Notes under the pieces: model-generated | Database searches by the model: none | What the model saw: only the letters and a program-made list of their open reading frames with translations | What the model was told of the DNA's origin: nothing | Part shown: in pieces, positions 18,601 to 28,372 of the stretch | How the letters are laid out: every line of letters begins with the position of its first letter | Position numbering within the stretch: position 1 is the first letter of the stretch | Program-made: the position numbers and the translations under genes | Origin: Desulfobacterales bacterium | GTDB taxonomy: Bacteria; Desulfobacterota; Desulfobacteria; Desulfobacterales; UBA5852 | Assembly: GCA_963674755.2 (NCBI GenBank) | Contig: CAXXVS010000002.1 | Location: 1,440,001-1,504,000, forward strand | Reading direction: 5' to 3' | DNA length: 64,000 nt

Positions 18601-20652
18601 ATCTTTTTGTTCGTACTCCAGGGTCACCGTCACGGTACGGTTGAGGGCCCGGTTTTCAGGCAGCCCATTGCCGTAAAGCGGATCGAAGGAGCCCACCCCC
18701 ATTTGGGTGATGGTGGTCTGGGGGGAATCCCCCAGCCCGGTCGCGATCTGTGCATAGACCGCCTTGGCCCGCCGTTCGGACAGTTTGAGGTTGTAGTCTT
18801 CCTTGCCGATATTGTCGGTATGCCCCACGATCGCCACCTTGGCGCTGGGGAACTGGCCGATGCGCGCCACGATCGTGGCCACCACCGCGGCGTTGCGCTC
18901 CTTGATATGGTCGCTGTCAAAATCGAACAGGATCAAGGCATACTTCTCCTGGACCCGATAGCCCTGGTGGCGGGCCCGCTGGGTCTCCCGCTGCAGGAAG
19001 GTGACGGGTATCGGATCGGCTTCCAGGGTCAGCATCTGCCCCTCCATATCTTCCACCACCAGACGGGCCGCCAGCTGCTTGTATTTAGAAAGCGCTTCGG
19101 GGGTCAGCGCGGCATCTTCCAGGACCAGTTCCTCGGCCGGCATGGCCGTCCCCGAGGCCTCGAAAATGGGCTGGTCGTCTCCCAGGACGGTGACCGTCCA
19201 GCGTTCGATGCCGTGTTCCGATGCGATTCGGGGCATAACCGTCAGGGTTTCCACATTGCTGTTGTATTCCGCATACGTGCTCTTGACCACATCCAGGATG
19301 GCGGCATCGTCGGAATAAATCTCCACCCGCCGGTTTTCGGCCTGTCCTTCCGGCGTGCGGCCCGAGGTGGGCACTTCCGGTAGGTTGCGGGCCTCCACGG
19401 CCATGCGGGCCGGGTCGATGCCCCAGATGTACTGCAAGTAGGCCTTGACGCCCTCGGCCCGGGCGCGTGAAAGGGCCTTATTGCCCTTTTCTTCGCCCAC
19501 GTTGGCGTTGCAGCCCACCAGGCGAATCGTGGCCTGGGGATGGTTGCGCAGGCGCTGCCCGATGATGTTCAGCAGGTTGACATACTTCTCCTTGGTGCCC
19601 CGCAGGGCTTCTTCCGCAAAGGCGGTTGTCTCCGACTGGCTGGTAAAACGGACATAGCGGTCCGGCACCGCGCTCTGCCCTTCGGCAAAATAGACGTAGT
19701 TCAAAAGCGGGGAACTGTCGATGGTGGTGATTTCCTCGATACGCAGGGCATCAGGCCCCATGGTGAAGCTGCCCGTGGGCGGAAACAGGAACTGGTAGTC
19801 CACCACGTAGCGGTAGAGCAGCTTGGAGGAAACCGCCTCGAAAATGGGCCCCAGGTCGGCGGCGCTGGTGGCCTTCCAGGTGCGGCCGCCATGGGCCTTG
19901 GTGAAGGACTGCAGGAAGGGGTCGACCTGCCCGCCCGGCATGTAGTCGACCGCGTAGGCCTCCAGTTTGGTGATGCCCTGGGCGGCCTTCTCGACGTCGG
20001 CGCTCTTGTAGGCACTGTTGATATCCTCACCGTCGGTGAAAACCACCATGAATTTTTGGCTGTCTTCCGGCAGGCGGCGCAGGATATCCAGGCCGGCCAG
20101 CATGCCCTCGTAGAGCACGGTTTTGGCCGTCAGCCCCCTGTCGAAGCTTTCTTTTAAAAAGGCGCGCAGCTGGTCGGGCTTGCTGGTCTGTTTGACGGTG
20201 ACGTGCAAAGATTTGCCGTCAAAGGTTTGGGTCTCATCGTCGTTGAACACCACCGCCGTGATGTTGTCGATGGGCCGCATAACCTTATAGACGTTCTCCA
20301 TGGCCCCCAGGATGGAATCCACGGCCCGACGCTGCTTCATGGAGGCGGAGTTGTCCACCACGAGCACGATATTCAGGCTCACGTCCTGGCTGGTTTCCAG
20401 GGTTTCCACCCCCAGAATCCGGGCCTCCTTGTCGTTACGCAGTAAACGGAAATCCCGGGCGGTCAGGCCGCGCACCGGATTGCCCTCGCTGTCCGAAGCG
20501 GAGATCAGCAGTTTTCCGGGGGCGATCACCTGGTAGGTCAGATCGGCCACCTGCTCCGGCATGGCAAGGGTGAAAGGTTCCTGGCAGAGCCCCGGTACGG
20601 CCATCACAAGGGCCGCCAACAGTCCGGCAACGATCCCTAAATAATTCCTCAT
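18598..20652 (-). CDS. Exported protein with a VWA domain and two OmpA-like peptidoglycan-binding domains
   Basis: Signal peptide; MIDAS DNSAS and VFTDG; NKALSRARA..NRRVEI; GHTDNIG..NLKLSERRA..NRTV. Confidence 0.88.
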   Translation of the reverse strand: MRNYLGIVAGLLAALVMAVPGLCQEPFTLAMPEQVADLTYQVIAPGKLLISASDSEGNPVRGLTARDFRLLRNDKEARILGVETLETSQDVSLNIVLVVDNSASMKQRRAVDSILGAMENVYKVMRPIDNITAVVFNDDETQTFDGKSLHVTVKQTSKPDQLRAFLKESFDRGLTAKTVLYEGMLAGLDILRRLPEDSQKFMVVFTDGEDINSAYKSADVEKAAQGITKLEAYAVDYMPGGQVDPFLQSFTKAHGGRTWKATSAADLGPIFEAVSSKLLYRYVVDYQFLFPPTGSFTMGPDALRIEEITTIDSSPLLNYVYFAEGQSAVPDRYVRFTSQSETTAFAEEALRGTKEKYVNLLNIIGQRLRNHPQATIRLVGCNANVGEEKGNKALSRARAEGVKAYLQYIWGIDPARMAVEARNLPEVPTSGRTPEGQAENRRVEIYSDDAAILDVVKSTYAEYNSNVETLTVMPRIASEHGIERWTVTVLGDDQPIFEASGTAMPAEELVLEDAALTPEALSKYKQLAARLVVEDMEGQMLTLEADPIPVTFLQRETQRARHQGYRVQEKYALILFDFDSDHIKERNAAVVATIVARIGQFPSAKVAIVGHTDNIGKEDYNLKLSERRAKAVYAQIATGLGDSPQTTITQMGVGSFDPLYGNGLPENRALNRTVTVTLEYEQKD

Positions 20653-20853
20653 CCTTCCTCCTGTTCTTGCTCAGGTATGCTGAACAAATCGCAAGCGCCT
20701 GTCATCGATAAGGGTATGGTTTACTGGATTGGTTTCCATATTTCAACCTTGCGCGACGCCTCCAATGCCGCTATGGCTGAACCAGCCCCATCGTATCCTC
20801 TCCCGGAAACAGGAATATCCCTTTCGCCACCCAACACAAGGAGCATTAGACCC

Positions 20854-21414
20854 ATGAAGCCCATCGGACCCGTCAACGCCCTCTACCCCATGCCCACCAC
20901 GCTGGTGGGCGCGACCGTGAGCGGCAAACCCAATTTCTTGGCCGTGGCCCACGTGGGAATTCTAAACCACGGCACACCGCAATATCTATCCATTGGTCTT
21001 GCTAAAATGCATTTTAGCAATGCCGGTATCCATGAAAACCGAACCTTCAGTATCTGCCTCCCCTCGGAGGACCTTATGGTGGAAACCGATTTCTGCGGCA
21101 TCATGACCGGCAAGAAAACGGACAAGGCCGCCTTGTTCGATCTGTTCTACGGTGAGCTCAAAACCGCGCCCATGATCCGCCAGTGCCCTGTCAACATGGA
21201 GCTGAAACTCCACGACATCCTGGACTTTGCCACTCACGACATTTTTATCGGCGAGCTGATCCAAACCCACGCGGCCGACAGCGTGCTGACGGCGGGCAAA
21301 ATCGACATCGCCAAACTACGTCCCCTGCTCTTCGACATGGCCAGCAGACAGTACTGGCGGCTGGGACCGCCGGTGGGCAAGTGCTGGAATGAGGGCAAAA
21401 AGTTGAAGAAATGA
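20854..21414 (+). CDS. Flavin reductase / flavoredoxin family protein
   Basis: LYPMPTTLVGA..GKPNF, DFCG..GKKTDK, APMIRQCPVNME, HDIFIGE; aaggag RBS. Confidence 0.88.
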   Translation: MKPIGPVNALYPMPTTLVGATVSGKPNFLAVAHVGILNHGTPQYLSIGLAKMHFSNAGIHENRTFSICLPSEDLMVETDFCGIMTGKKTDKAALFDLFYGELKTAPMIRQCPVNMELKLHDILDFATHDIFIGELIQTHAADSVLTAGKIDIAKLRPLLFDMASRQYWRLGPPVGKCWNEGKKLKK

Positions 21415-21537
21415 TCTGCCGCCGCGGTACGTCTTCACACCGGCGGAATAGAACCGGCTTGCCCAAATGCCGGAATCGTTGCAGAATGGATTTGGAAGGA
21501 TCGAATGTCATCGGTAAGCGGCATCGGAGGACTGGGC

Positions 21538-22710
21538 GTGAAAACCAACAATCACATCTATGAACACCTGCGGCGGCACCTGGACCGCCAGGCCATAGGC
21601 TTTCCGGCGGCCCGTAATGGTGCCGCGCTGCGCGTGCTAAAACATATCTTCACGCCGGATGAGGCCCGGATCGCCGCCGGCCTGAGCGACCGCCACGAGC
21701 CACTGGACATCCTCTATGGGCGCCTGGGCCACCTTGTCGCATCGCCCGATGAACTGGCGCAGGTGCTCGAGCATATCTTGAAGAAAGGCGGCATCGAGGT
21801 CAAGGTGGAAAACGGCCGGCGCCTTTACGCCAACACCCCCCTCCTCGTGGGGATGTACGAACTGCAAATCGGGCGCCTCACACCGGAATTTCTTAGTGAC
21901 TTCCAAGAATACACTTCCAGCCCGCACTTCGGGCTGGAATTTCTGGGCACCGCCCTGCCCCAAATGCGCACGATCCCGGTGGAACGCAGCCTTAACCCCC
22001 ACCACGGGGTTTCCTCCTTCGATGAAGTGGCCGCCTTGCTCGCGAAGGCCCCCGGACCCTTCGTCGTCCTGGAATGCATTTGCCGCCTGAAGAAGCGCTT
22101 GGAGGGGCAGGCCTGCCGGGTTACGGACCGCCGGGAAACCTGTTTGGGATTCGGCAGCATTGCCCAGACGGTCCTTGAGGGCGGCAATGGACGGGCCATC
22201 GACCGCCACGAAGCCCTGACGACCCTTCGGGCCAATCAAAAGGACGGCCTGGTGCTGCAATCTTCCAACACCGAGGTGAGCGCCTTCATCTGCTCGTGCT
22301 GCGGATGCTGCTGCGGCATGCTGCAGCTGCACCGCAGCCTGCCACGGCCGGTCGATTTCTGGTCTTCCAATTTCCTCGCCGCGGTGGATCCGTCCCTCTG
22401 CAACGGCTGCGGCATCTGCCAACGCCGCTGCCAGGTCGGCGCCGTAAGCGTAACCCCGGCCAAAGCTCCGGCCCGGGTGGACGCTACCCGCTGTCTGGGG
22501 TGCGGTCAATGCGTCGAAGCCTGCCCACAGCACGCCATACTACTTCACAAGAAAACCCGCGAAACCGTGCCACCCTCCACCCGCGAAGATCTTCATGCGC
22601 TATTGAAGGCCAACCGACGAGGCCCCTTGGGCAAGGCCGCGCTGGCCGGCAAGCTGGCCCTCGACATGCTGCGCACCGGCAACATCAGCATCCTTCGAAA
22701 AGAATCATAG
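21538..22710 (+). CDS. Multi-Cys 4Fe-4S binding protein
   Basis: CICR..C, ICSCCGCCCG, two CxxCxxCxxxC ferredoxin motifs; GTG start after ggagg. Confidence 0.87.
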   Translation: MKTNNHIYEHLRRHLDRQAIGFPAARNGAALRVLKHIFTPDEARIAAGLSDRHEPLDILYGRLGHLVASPDELAQVLEHILKKGGIEVKVENGRRLYANTPLLVGMYELQIGRLTPEFLSDFQEYTSSPHFGLEFLGTALPQMRTIPVERSLNPHHGVSSFDEVAALLAKAPGPFVVLECICRLKKRLEGQACRVTDRRETCLGFGSIAQTVLEGGNGRAIDRHEALTTLRANQKDGLVLQSSNTEVSAFICSCCGCCCGMLQLHRSLPRPVDFWSSNFLAAVDPSLCNGCGICQRRCQVGAVSVTPAKAPARVDATRCLGCGQCVEACPQHAILLHKKTRETVPPSTREDLHALLKANRRGPLGKAALAGKLALDMLRTGNISILRKES

Positions 22711-22794
22711 GCTTATCAGATGATCTATAGATGCGGTCGTTGCGAGGTCCGTGCTGCATCAGGGCTTCGTCGATGGATTCGATCGCGGCCATCG

Positions 22795-23958
22795 TCAAAA
22801 CGAGGCTGACGGCTTGAGCTTCCGCAGGCGCCGCCCCGTCTCCGCGAGAATGGCTTCCGTGCGGGCAAAATGCAGGCGGATCAAGTGGTGGACCGGCTCG
22901 TGAAAAAAACTCGACCCCGGCACGGCGGCCACCCCGATCTCCCTAGCCATCCAACGGCAGAATTCCTGATCGTCCCGCACCCCGAAGGCACGGCAGTCCA
23001 CCATCACGTAATAAGCGCCCTGAGGTGTCGTGTAGGTCAGGCCGGCCTCGTCCAGGTAGCCCAGAAACAAATCCCGCTTGCGGGTGTAGTCCTCGCGCAG
23101 CCGGTCATAGTAGGACAGGGGCAGTTCCAGGGCCTGCACGGCCGCCTCCTGCAATGGGGCCGCAGCGCCCACCGTGAGGAAGTCGTGCACCTTGCGCACC
23201 CCCGCCATGATCGCCTCGGGTCCAATCACATAGCCCAACCGCCACCCGGTCATATTGTAGGTTTTGGAAAGGGAGCTGCACGAAATGGTGCGCGCGAACA
23301 TGCCCGGCAGGGATGCCATGTAGCAATGGCGATGGGGCGGGTAGACGATGTGCTCGTAGACCTCGTCGGTGATCACGAACGTATCGTGGGCCTGGGCCAG
23401 ATCCGCGATGAATTCGAGCTCCGCCCGGCTGAAGACTTTACCGGAAGGGTTGGACGGGTTGCAGAGGACCAATGCTTTGGGGTCCTGCCGGAAGGCCTCC
23501 CGCAGCGTTTCCTCGTCGAAGGAATAGTCCGGTGGATGCAGCGGCACGAAGATCGGCCGCGCTCCGCTCAGAATAGCGTCCGCGCCGTAGTTCTCGTAAA
23601 AGGGCGAGAAGACGATCACCTTGTCGCCCGGGTTGCAGGCCGTCATCATGGCACTCATCATGGCCTCGGTGCTGCCGCAGGTGACCACCACGTGGGCATC
23701 GGGATCGAGATCGAGTCCCATCCAGTGGCGCTGCTTGGCCGCCAGGGCGGCCCGGAAACGCGGCGCGCCCCAGGTGACGGCATACTGATGAGGGCCTTCA
23801 GCCATGACCGTTGCCCCGGCCGCCAGCACCTCCGGCGGCGGATCGGCGTCCGGAAAACCCTGGGAAAGATTGATGGCGCCGTACCGATTGGCCACCCGGG
23901 TCATTTCCCGGATGACGGATTCGGTGAAATGGGCGAGCCGGTCGGCGGTCTGGGGCAT
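22795..23958 (-). CDS. Class I/II PLP-dependent aminotransferase
   Basis: INLSQGFPD, NPSNPSGKV, TDEVYEH, SLSKTYNMTGWRLG. Confidence 0.93.
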   Translation of the reverse strand: MPQTADRLAHFTESVIREMTRVANRYGAINLSQGFPDADPPPEVLAAGATVMAEGPHQYAVTWGAPRFRAALAAKQRHWMGLDLDPDAHVVVTCGSTEAMMSAMMTACNPGDKVIVFSPFYENYGADAILSGARPIFVPLHPPDYSFDEETLREAFRQDPKALVLCNPSNPSGKVFSRAELEFIADLAQAHDTFVITDEVYEHIVYPPHRHCYMASLPGMFARTISCSSLSKTYNMTGWRLGYVIGPEAIMAGVRKVHDFLTVGAAAPLQEAAVQALELPLSYYDRLREDYTRKRDLFLGYLDEAGLTYTTPQGAYYVMVDCRAFGVRDDQEFCRWMAREIGVAAVPGSSFFHEPVHHLIRLHFARTEAILAETGRRLRKLKPSASF

Positions 23959-23992
23959 GGATTCCTCCGCACATGAAAAATAAACAGCATTT

Positions 23993-24196
23993 ACCATGAA
24001 GAACATGAAGAGGAAATCATAACCTCTAAAGAGGTGAAAGCCCCCAAAAGCTCAAATATCGCCACCCATTAAGAACCCCGCTGTTATTTGTGGAAGGATT
24101 CGAGGTTTAGCTGGAGAAAAGCATTACGGCGGCGATAACCGTGATCGAAACCAAAATGGTTTTTCTCTTCTTCGTGTCCTTCATGATCTTCATGGT
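23993..24196. repeat. Family 3 inverted repeats enclosing an AT-rich insert
   Basis: accatgaag-aacatgaag ... cttcgtgtc-cttcatgat-cttcatggt. Confidence 0.7.
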
Positions 24197-24218
24197 TCAA
24201 TTTTTTTGTCGATCTTTT

Positions 24219-25847
24219 TCAGAAATGGCGATGGACAATCCGGCCGTCGAAAACCGTCATATCCACCGTGACGTCGGGCAGCCAGGGCGTGGGATCGCCC
24301 AGGATATTGGCGCTCAAGACCGCCAGGTCGGCCCGTTTGCCCGGAGCCACCGTCCCCACATCAGGGATACCGTGAACCGCGGCCGGGGTGGTGGTGTAGG
24401 CGGCCAGGGCTTCCTGCATCGTCACCCGGGAGGCCGGATGCCAGCCCGCCTCGGGTGTACCGTCCGTGCGGCGGCGGGTGACGGCGGCGTGCATGCCCAG
24501 CAGCGGGGCCGGATCGCATACCGGGCAGTCGGAGCTGAACATGACCGGCGCCCCGCAGTCCATCAGCCGGCGAAAATCGTAAGCCCAGCGACCCTTTTCC
24601 CCCACGGCGGCGTCAATCAGGTTCATGTCCAGGAGCAGGTTGGCCGGTGTCAGGCACAGGGCCAGCGGCAGCCGCCCCAGCCGCTCGGCGTCCTCGGGGC
24701 GGATCATTTGCACGTGCTCGATGCGGTGGGGGACCGCAGGCCGCAAGGCCCCGCTACGCCGGCGGTTCTCCTCCACCCCCTCGAAAAGGGCGATCAATTC
24801 CCGGTTGGCCCGGTCGCCCACGGCATGGATCATCACCGCCAGTCCGGCACGGTCCGCCCGCAAAACGGATTGGGCCAGCTCCGCCATATCCACCAGGGGC
24901 ATGCCGCACCCGGCATCCCGGAAAGGATCCACCATCCAGGCGGTGCGGGCCCCCATGCCGCCGTCGGAGAAATATTTAACGTGGCCGATCCGCAGGCGGT
25001 CGTTGCCGAATCCGGTGCGCAGGCCCAGGTCGATGATCTCGTCCAGGCGGTGCCCCGGCAGGGTCACCCAGGCACGCAGGTCAAGCCGGTCTTCCCGATC
25101 CAGGATCTGGAAGGCCTGCAAGGCCCGGGCGCCGTCCTCGTCGGCCATCAGGCGCACGTCGTGGATCCCGGTTACCCCCCGGCGGTGGAGCGCCCGGGCG
25201 GCTTCGGCATAGGCGGTCCGCACATCGGCGTCCGTGGGCGGTGCCATGGCCTTGCGCACCAGGTTCACGGCCAGTTCCCGCAGGATGCCGGTGGGGCGGC
25301 CGGTGGCGTCCCGTTCGATACGCCCCTCGGGGGGATCCGGGGTGGCTTCACCGATACCGGCCAACGACAGAGCCGCCGAGTTGGCCACGGCCAGATGCAA
25401 GTCGCAGCGCCACAGCAGCACAGGGTGGTCGGGGGCAACCCGGTCCAAAGCATCGCGGTCGGGCTGGCGGGGCACGGTCCAATCCGTCTCGTTCCAGCCC
25501 TGCCCCATGATCCACTGCCCGGGCGGGCGCTGGGCAGCGGCCTGCTGCACCAGTTTCAGCAGATCTTCCAGGCCGGTCAGCCTGTCGAGGGGCAAATCCT
25601 GACGCTTGAGGGACCACTCGTAAAAATGGATATGGGTGTCGATGAAGCCCGGCACCACCAGGCGGCCGCCGAGATCGATCTTCTCCGTGTCCCGGTCGGC
25701 CAGATTCAGGATGGCTTCATTGCCGCCCACCGCCAATATGCGGCCCCGGCCGACAGCCAGGGCCTGGTCGGAAGCCTTCCGCAAAGCGGGGCCGGCGACA
25801 ATGCCGTTGAACAGGATAATTTCAGGTGCGCTGTAGTCAGCCGTCAC
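24219..25847 (-). CDS. Amidohydrolase family 3 (YtcJ-like)
   Basis: PGFIDTHIH, KYFSDG, IHAVGDRAN, HRIEHVQ, FSSDCP, GKRADLAVL. Confidence 0.92.
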   Translation of the reverse strand: MTADYSAPEIILFNGIVAGPALRKASDQALAVGRGRILAVGGNEAILNLADRDTEKIDLGGRLVVPGFIDTHIHFYEWSLKRQDLPLDRLTGLEDLLKLVQQAAAQRPPGQWIMGQGWNETDWTVPRQPDRDALDRVAPDHPVLLWRCDLHLAVANSAALSLAGIGEATPDPPEGRIERDATGRPTGILRELAVNLVRKAMAPPTDADVRTAYAEAARALHRRGVTGIHDVRLMADEDGARALQAFQILDREDRLDLRAWVTLPGHRLDEIIDLGLRTGFGNDRLRIGHVKYFSDGGMGARTAWMVDPFRDAGCGMPLVDMAELAQSVLRADRAGLAVMIHAVGDRANRELIALFEGVEENRRRSGALRPAVPHRIEHVQMIRPEDAERLGRLPLALCLTPANLLLDMNLIDAAVGEKGRWAYDFRRLMDCGAPVMFSSDCPVCDPAPLLGMHAAVTRRRTDGTPEAGWHPASRVTMQEALAAYTTTPAAVHGIPDVGTVAPGKRADLAVLSANILGDPTPWLPDVTVDMTVFDGRIVHRHF

Positions 25848-26881
25848 ATCAGGAATCCTTTGGGAAAGGGGTCGCGGGCATCCAGGACGAACTGGTGGTA
25901 CCCGGTTGTCTGGGCGGTGCCCCGGATCTGCCCCACGATGCCCTTGAAAGGGCCGATGGGCAGGCTTCGGACGATCCGGCCTTCGAACACCGTTCCGAGC
26001 GGTCCGGCATTACGGTAGGCCTCACCGGGCTTGAGTTTTCCTTTGTGGTGGAGCAGGGTCATCTTGGCGGTCGTGCCGGTCCCGCAGGGGGAACGGTCCA
26101 TATGGGATTCGCCGTAGATCACGATTCCCCGGCCGGTGCCGGTTTGGGGGTCCTCGTCATAAAACTCGGTCACGTCCACGGTGTTCACCTCGGGCCGTTC
26201 CGGGTGGTGGACCTTGAAGGCCTGGTTGGCGGCATCGATCACTGCCATGCCCAAGGAAACGAAGCGCGGCTTATTGTCCGGGTGCAGGTCCAAACCAATG
26301 GCCCGGGCCGATACCATGGCGAAAAAGCCGCCCACGCAGACCAGATCGACGGGAATTTTGCCATATCCCTCCACCGTCAGCTCTCGGCCGGTATCGAAGA
26401 CAAAGGAGGGCACCATGTCAATCGCCACGGAGGCGACCCGCCCGTCACGGACACGGGTATGGGCGTCCATGGGGCCGGAGGGGGTGTCCACCGTGATCAC
26501 CTGGTCGCCCTCCGCCACGTTCAACGCGCCGGCTTCCACCAGAGAGGCCACAGCCCCGATGGTGGCGTGGCCGCACAGAAAGGGATAGCGCCGGGCATCC
26601 ATGTAAAAAAGACCGAACTGCCCCCGGGAGCTGACCGGTTCGGTTACCACGGCGGCCATGATGCCCCGGTGGCCCCGGGGCTCACGGGTCAGCAGCATGC
26701 GGACATGGTCGAAACGCGCTTCGAAATCGTCGCGCTTGGCCTTGATGGTGTCGCCCGTCAGCAGCCCCGCACCGCCGATGAGCAGGCGGGTGGGTTCGCC
26801 CTGGGTATGGGAATCGATGGTTACGATACGATCCGGATAGCGGCCTTCAAAACCGCCTCGGATCCGATCCAGATTGAGCAT
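25844..26881 (-). CDS. Proline racemase / hydroxyproline epimerase family protein
   Basis: DSHTQGEPTR, EPRGH, LCGH and DRSPCGTGT (both catalytic Cys present). Confidence 0.92.
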   Translation of the reverse strand: MLNLDRIRGGFEGRYPDRIVTIDSHTQGEPTRLLIGGAGLLTGDTIKAKRDDFEARFDHVRMLLTREPRGHRGIMAAVVTEPVSSRGQFGLFYMDARRYPFLCGHATIGAVASLVEAGALNVAEGDQVITVDTPSGPMDAHTRVRDGRVASVAIDMVPSFVFDTGRELTVEGYGKIPVDLVCVGGFFAMVSARAIGLDLHPDNKPRFVSLGMAVIDAANQAFKVHHPERPEVNTVDVTEFYDEDPQTGTGRGIVIYGESHMDRSPCGTGTTAKMTLLHHKGKLKPGEAYRNAGPLGTVFEGRIVRSLPIGPFKGIVGQIRGTAQTTGYHQFVLDARDPFPKGFLM

Positions 26882-26941
26882 GCTGCAAGGCCTCCTGTAA
26901 ATTTTTTAAAATGGCGGCCGCAATGCCTTGGGGCCAAAACA

Positions 26942-26975
26942 AAACCTGAAAACGACGGGGTCGGTTTTCAGGTTT
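26942..26975 (-). terminator. Terminator-like hairpin after the ABC ATPase gene
   Basis: aaacctgaaaac / gttttcaggttt inverted repeat with T-rich tails. Confidence 0.6.
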
Positions 26976-27014
26976 CCTTTTACACCATAGGGCGCCAACG
27001 CGATGGGCGCAAGC

Positions 27015-28115
27015 TTATTCCAGCGGAATGAGATGGCAGTGATGAGGGGCCACCTGCACACTGACCGACTCGCCGATATTGTAAATACGCGTGCGCATCA
27101 TGCTGATGACGTGAATCTCGCGCCCTCCCCCCAGTTCGATAAAGTAGCTTACCTCACCCCCCATGTAGCTGCGGTCCTTGATGCGGCCCTCGAAATGGTT
27201 CAACCCTTCGGTGGGTTTAAAGTCTTCCAAGGGAAAGGCATCGAAACGCTGGGCACGGACGATCATCTCCACAGCATCGCCTTTGGCAAAGTCCCCCTTT
27301 TTTTCGGCAAAGAGGACGTCGCCGGTTTCGATGCGCACGTCCAGATGGTCATCGCCCACATCCACCACTTCTCCCTTGATAAAGTTGGAATGGCCCAGGA
27401 AGTCGGCTACGAAATGGTTTTTAGGTTCGTTGTAGACCGCCTCGGGGGGGCCTTCCTGCTGTTTACGGCCGTTTTTCATGACCAGGATCTTGTCCGACAT
27501 GCTCAGGGCTTCGCGCTGGTCGTGGGTCACGAAGATCGTGGTGACGCCGATCATCTGCTGGAGATTGTCCACCTCGCGGCGCATCTCTTCCCGCAGGTTT
27601 TCGTCCAGGGCGGACAAAGGTTCGTCCATCAGGAGCACATCCGGCTCGATCACGATGGCCCGCGCCATGGCGATGCGCTGCTGCTGTCCGCCCGAAAGCT
27701 GGCTGGGCATGCGGTTTTCCACTCCGGGCAGACGCACCATCTCCAAGGCCCGGGTCACTTTGTCTTTAACCTCGCCCTTGGGGACGTCCCGGTACTTCAA
27801 ACCGAAAGCCACGTTGTCAAAAATGGTCTTGTGGGGGAACAGGGCATAGTTCTGAAAGATCATGCCCAGGTTGCGTTTGTGGATGGGCGTATCGTTGATC
27901 CGGACCCCTTTGATGAAGATGTCGCCTTCGGTGGGTTCCTCCAGACCGGCCACCATGCGCAGCAAGGTGGTCTTGCCGCATCCGGAAGGCCCCAGCAGGG
28001 TCACCAGGCTGCCCTCCTCGATATCGAAGTTCATCTTCTCCACGGCCGTAACACTGCCGAACCGCTTCATGATCCCCTTGAACTGCACCATCGGCTGTTT
28101 CTTGCCGCTCGCCAC
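27015..28115 (-). CDS. ABC transporter ATP-binding protein (PotA-like)
   Basis: GPSGCGKTT, FQNYALFPH, LSGGQQQR, DEPLSALD, C-terminal TOBE-like region. Confidence 0.93.
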   Translation of the reverse strand: MASGKKQPMVQFKGIMKRFGSVTAVEKMNFDIEEGSLVTLLGPSGCGKTTLLRMVAGLEEPTEGDIFIKGVRINDTPIHKRNLGMIFQNYALFPHKTIFDNVAFGLKYRDVPKGEVKDKVTRALEMVRLPGVENRMPSQLSGGQQQRIAMARAIVIEPDVLLMDEPLSALDENLREEMRREVDNLQQMIGVTTIFVTHDQREALSMSDKILVMKNGRKQQEGPPEAVYNEPKNHFVADFLGHSNFIKGEVVDVGDDHLDVRIETGDVLFAEKKGDFAKGDAVEMIVRAQRFDAFPLEDFKPTEGLNHFEGRIKDRSYMGGEVSYFIELGGGREIHVISMMRTRIYNIGESVSVQVAPHHCHLIPLE

Positions 28116-28147
28116 GATATCCTAACTCCCTTATGCGAATTGTAGGA

Positions 28148-28188
28148 TGCCGGAGTTCAGCAATCCGTACGGAAGCTGAACTCCGGCA
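28148..28188. terminator. Strong stem-loop between binding-protein and ATPase genes
   Basis: Perfect 14-bp stem tgccggagttcagc / gctgaactccggca; may stabilise mRNA or attenuate transcription. Confidence 0.6.
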
Positions 28189-28229
28189 ATGCTAAAATGT
28201 CTTCATCACCAAGCGTGAAAAATGCCACG

Positions 28230-28372
28230 ATGATGGTTTATAAGCGGTGGATTGCGGTTCGGGCCAAGGCCGCAGTGATGTTGGAACCGCAGACGTAGCA
28301 GCGCTACGTCGAGGATTCCAACATCGCGAGAACACCGGCCCGGGCCGCAAGACGCCGTTTAGAAACCATCAT
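28230..28372. repeat. Hairpin element family 1, full-length copy
   Basis: atgatggttt / aaaccatcat ends with nested stems; minus strand carries GTCTT, GGTGTT, AATCCT, TGCGGTT, GCCTT and AATCC motifs also seen at 61824-61969. Confidence 0.85.

Noticed and set aside
28230..28372. Family-1 elements as integron attC sites
   Set aside because: No consistent RYYYAAC/GTTRRRY ends, no cassette array and no integrase; the flanking genes are ordinary operon genes.
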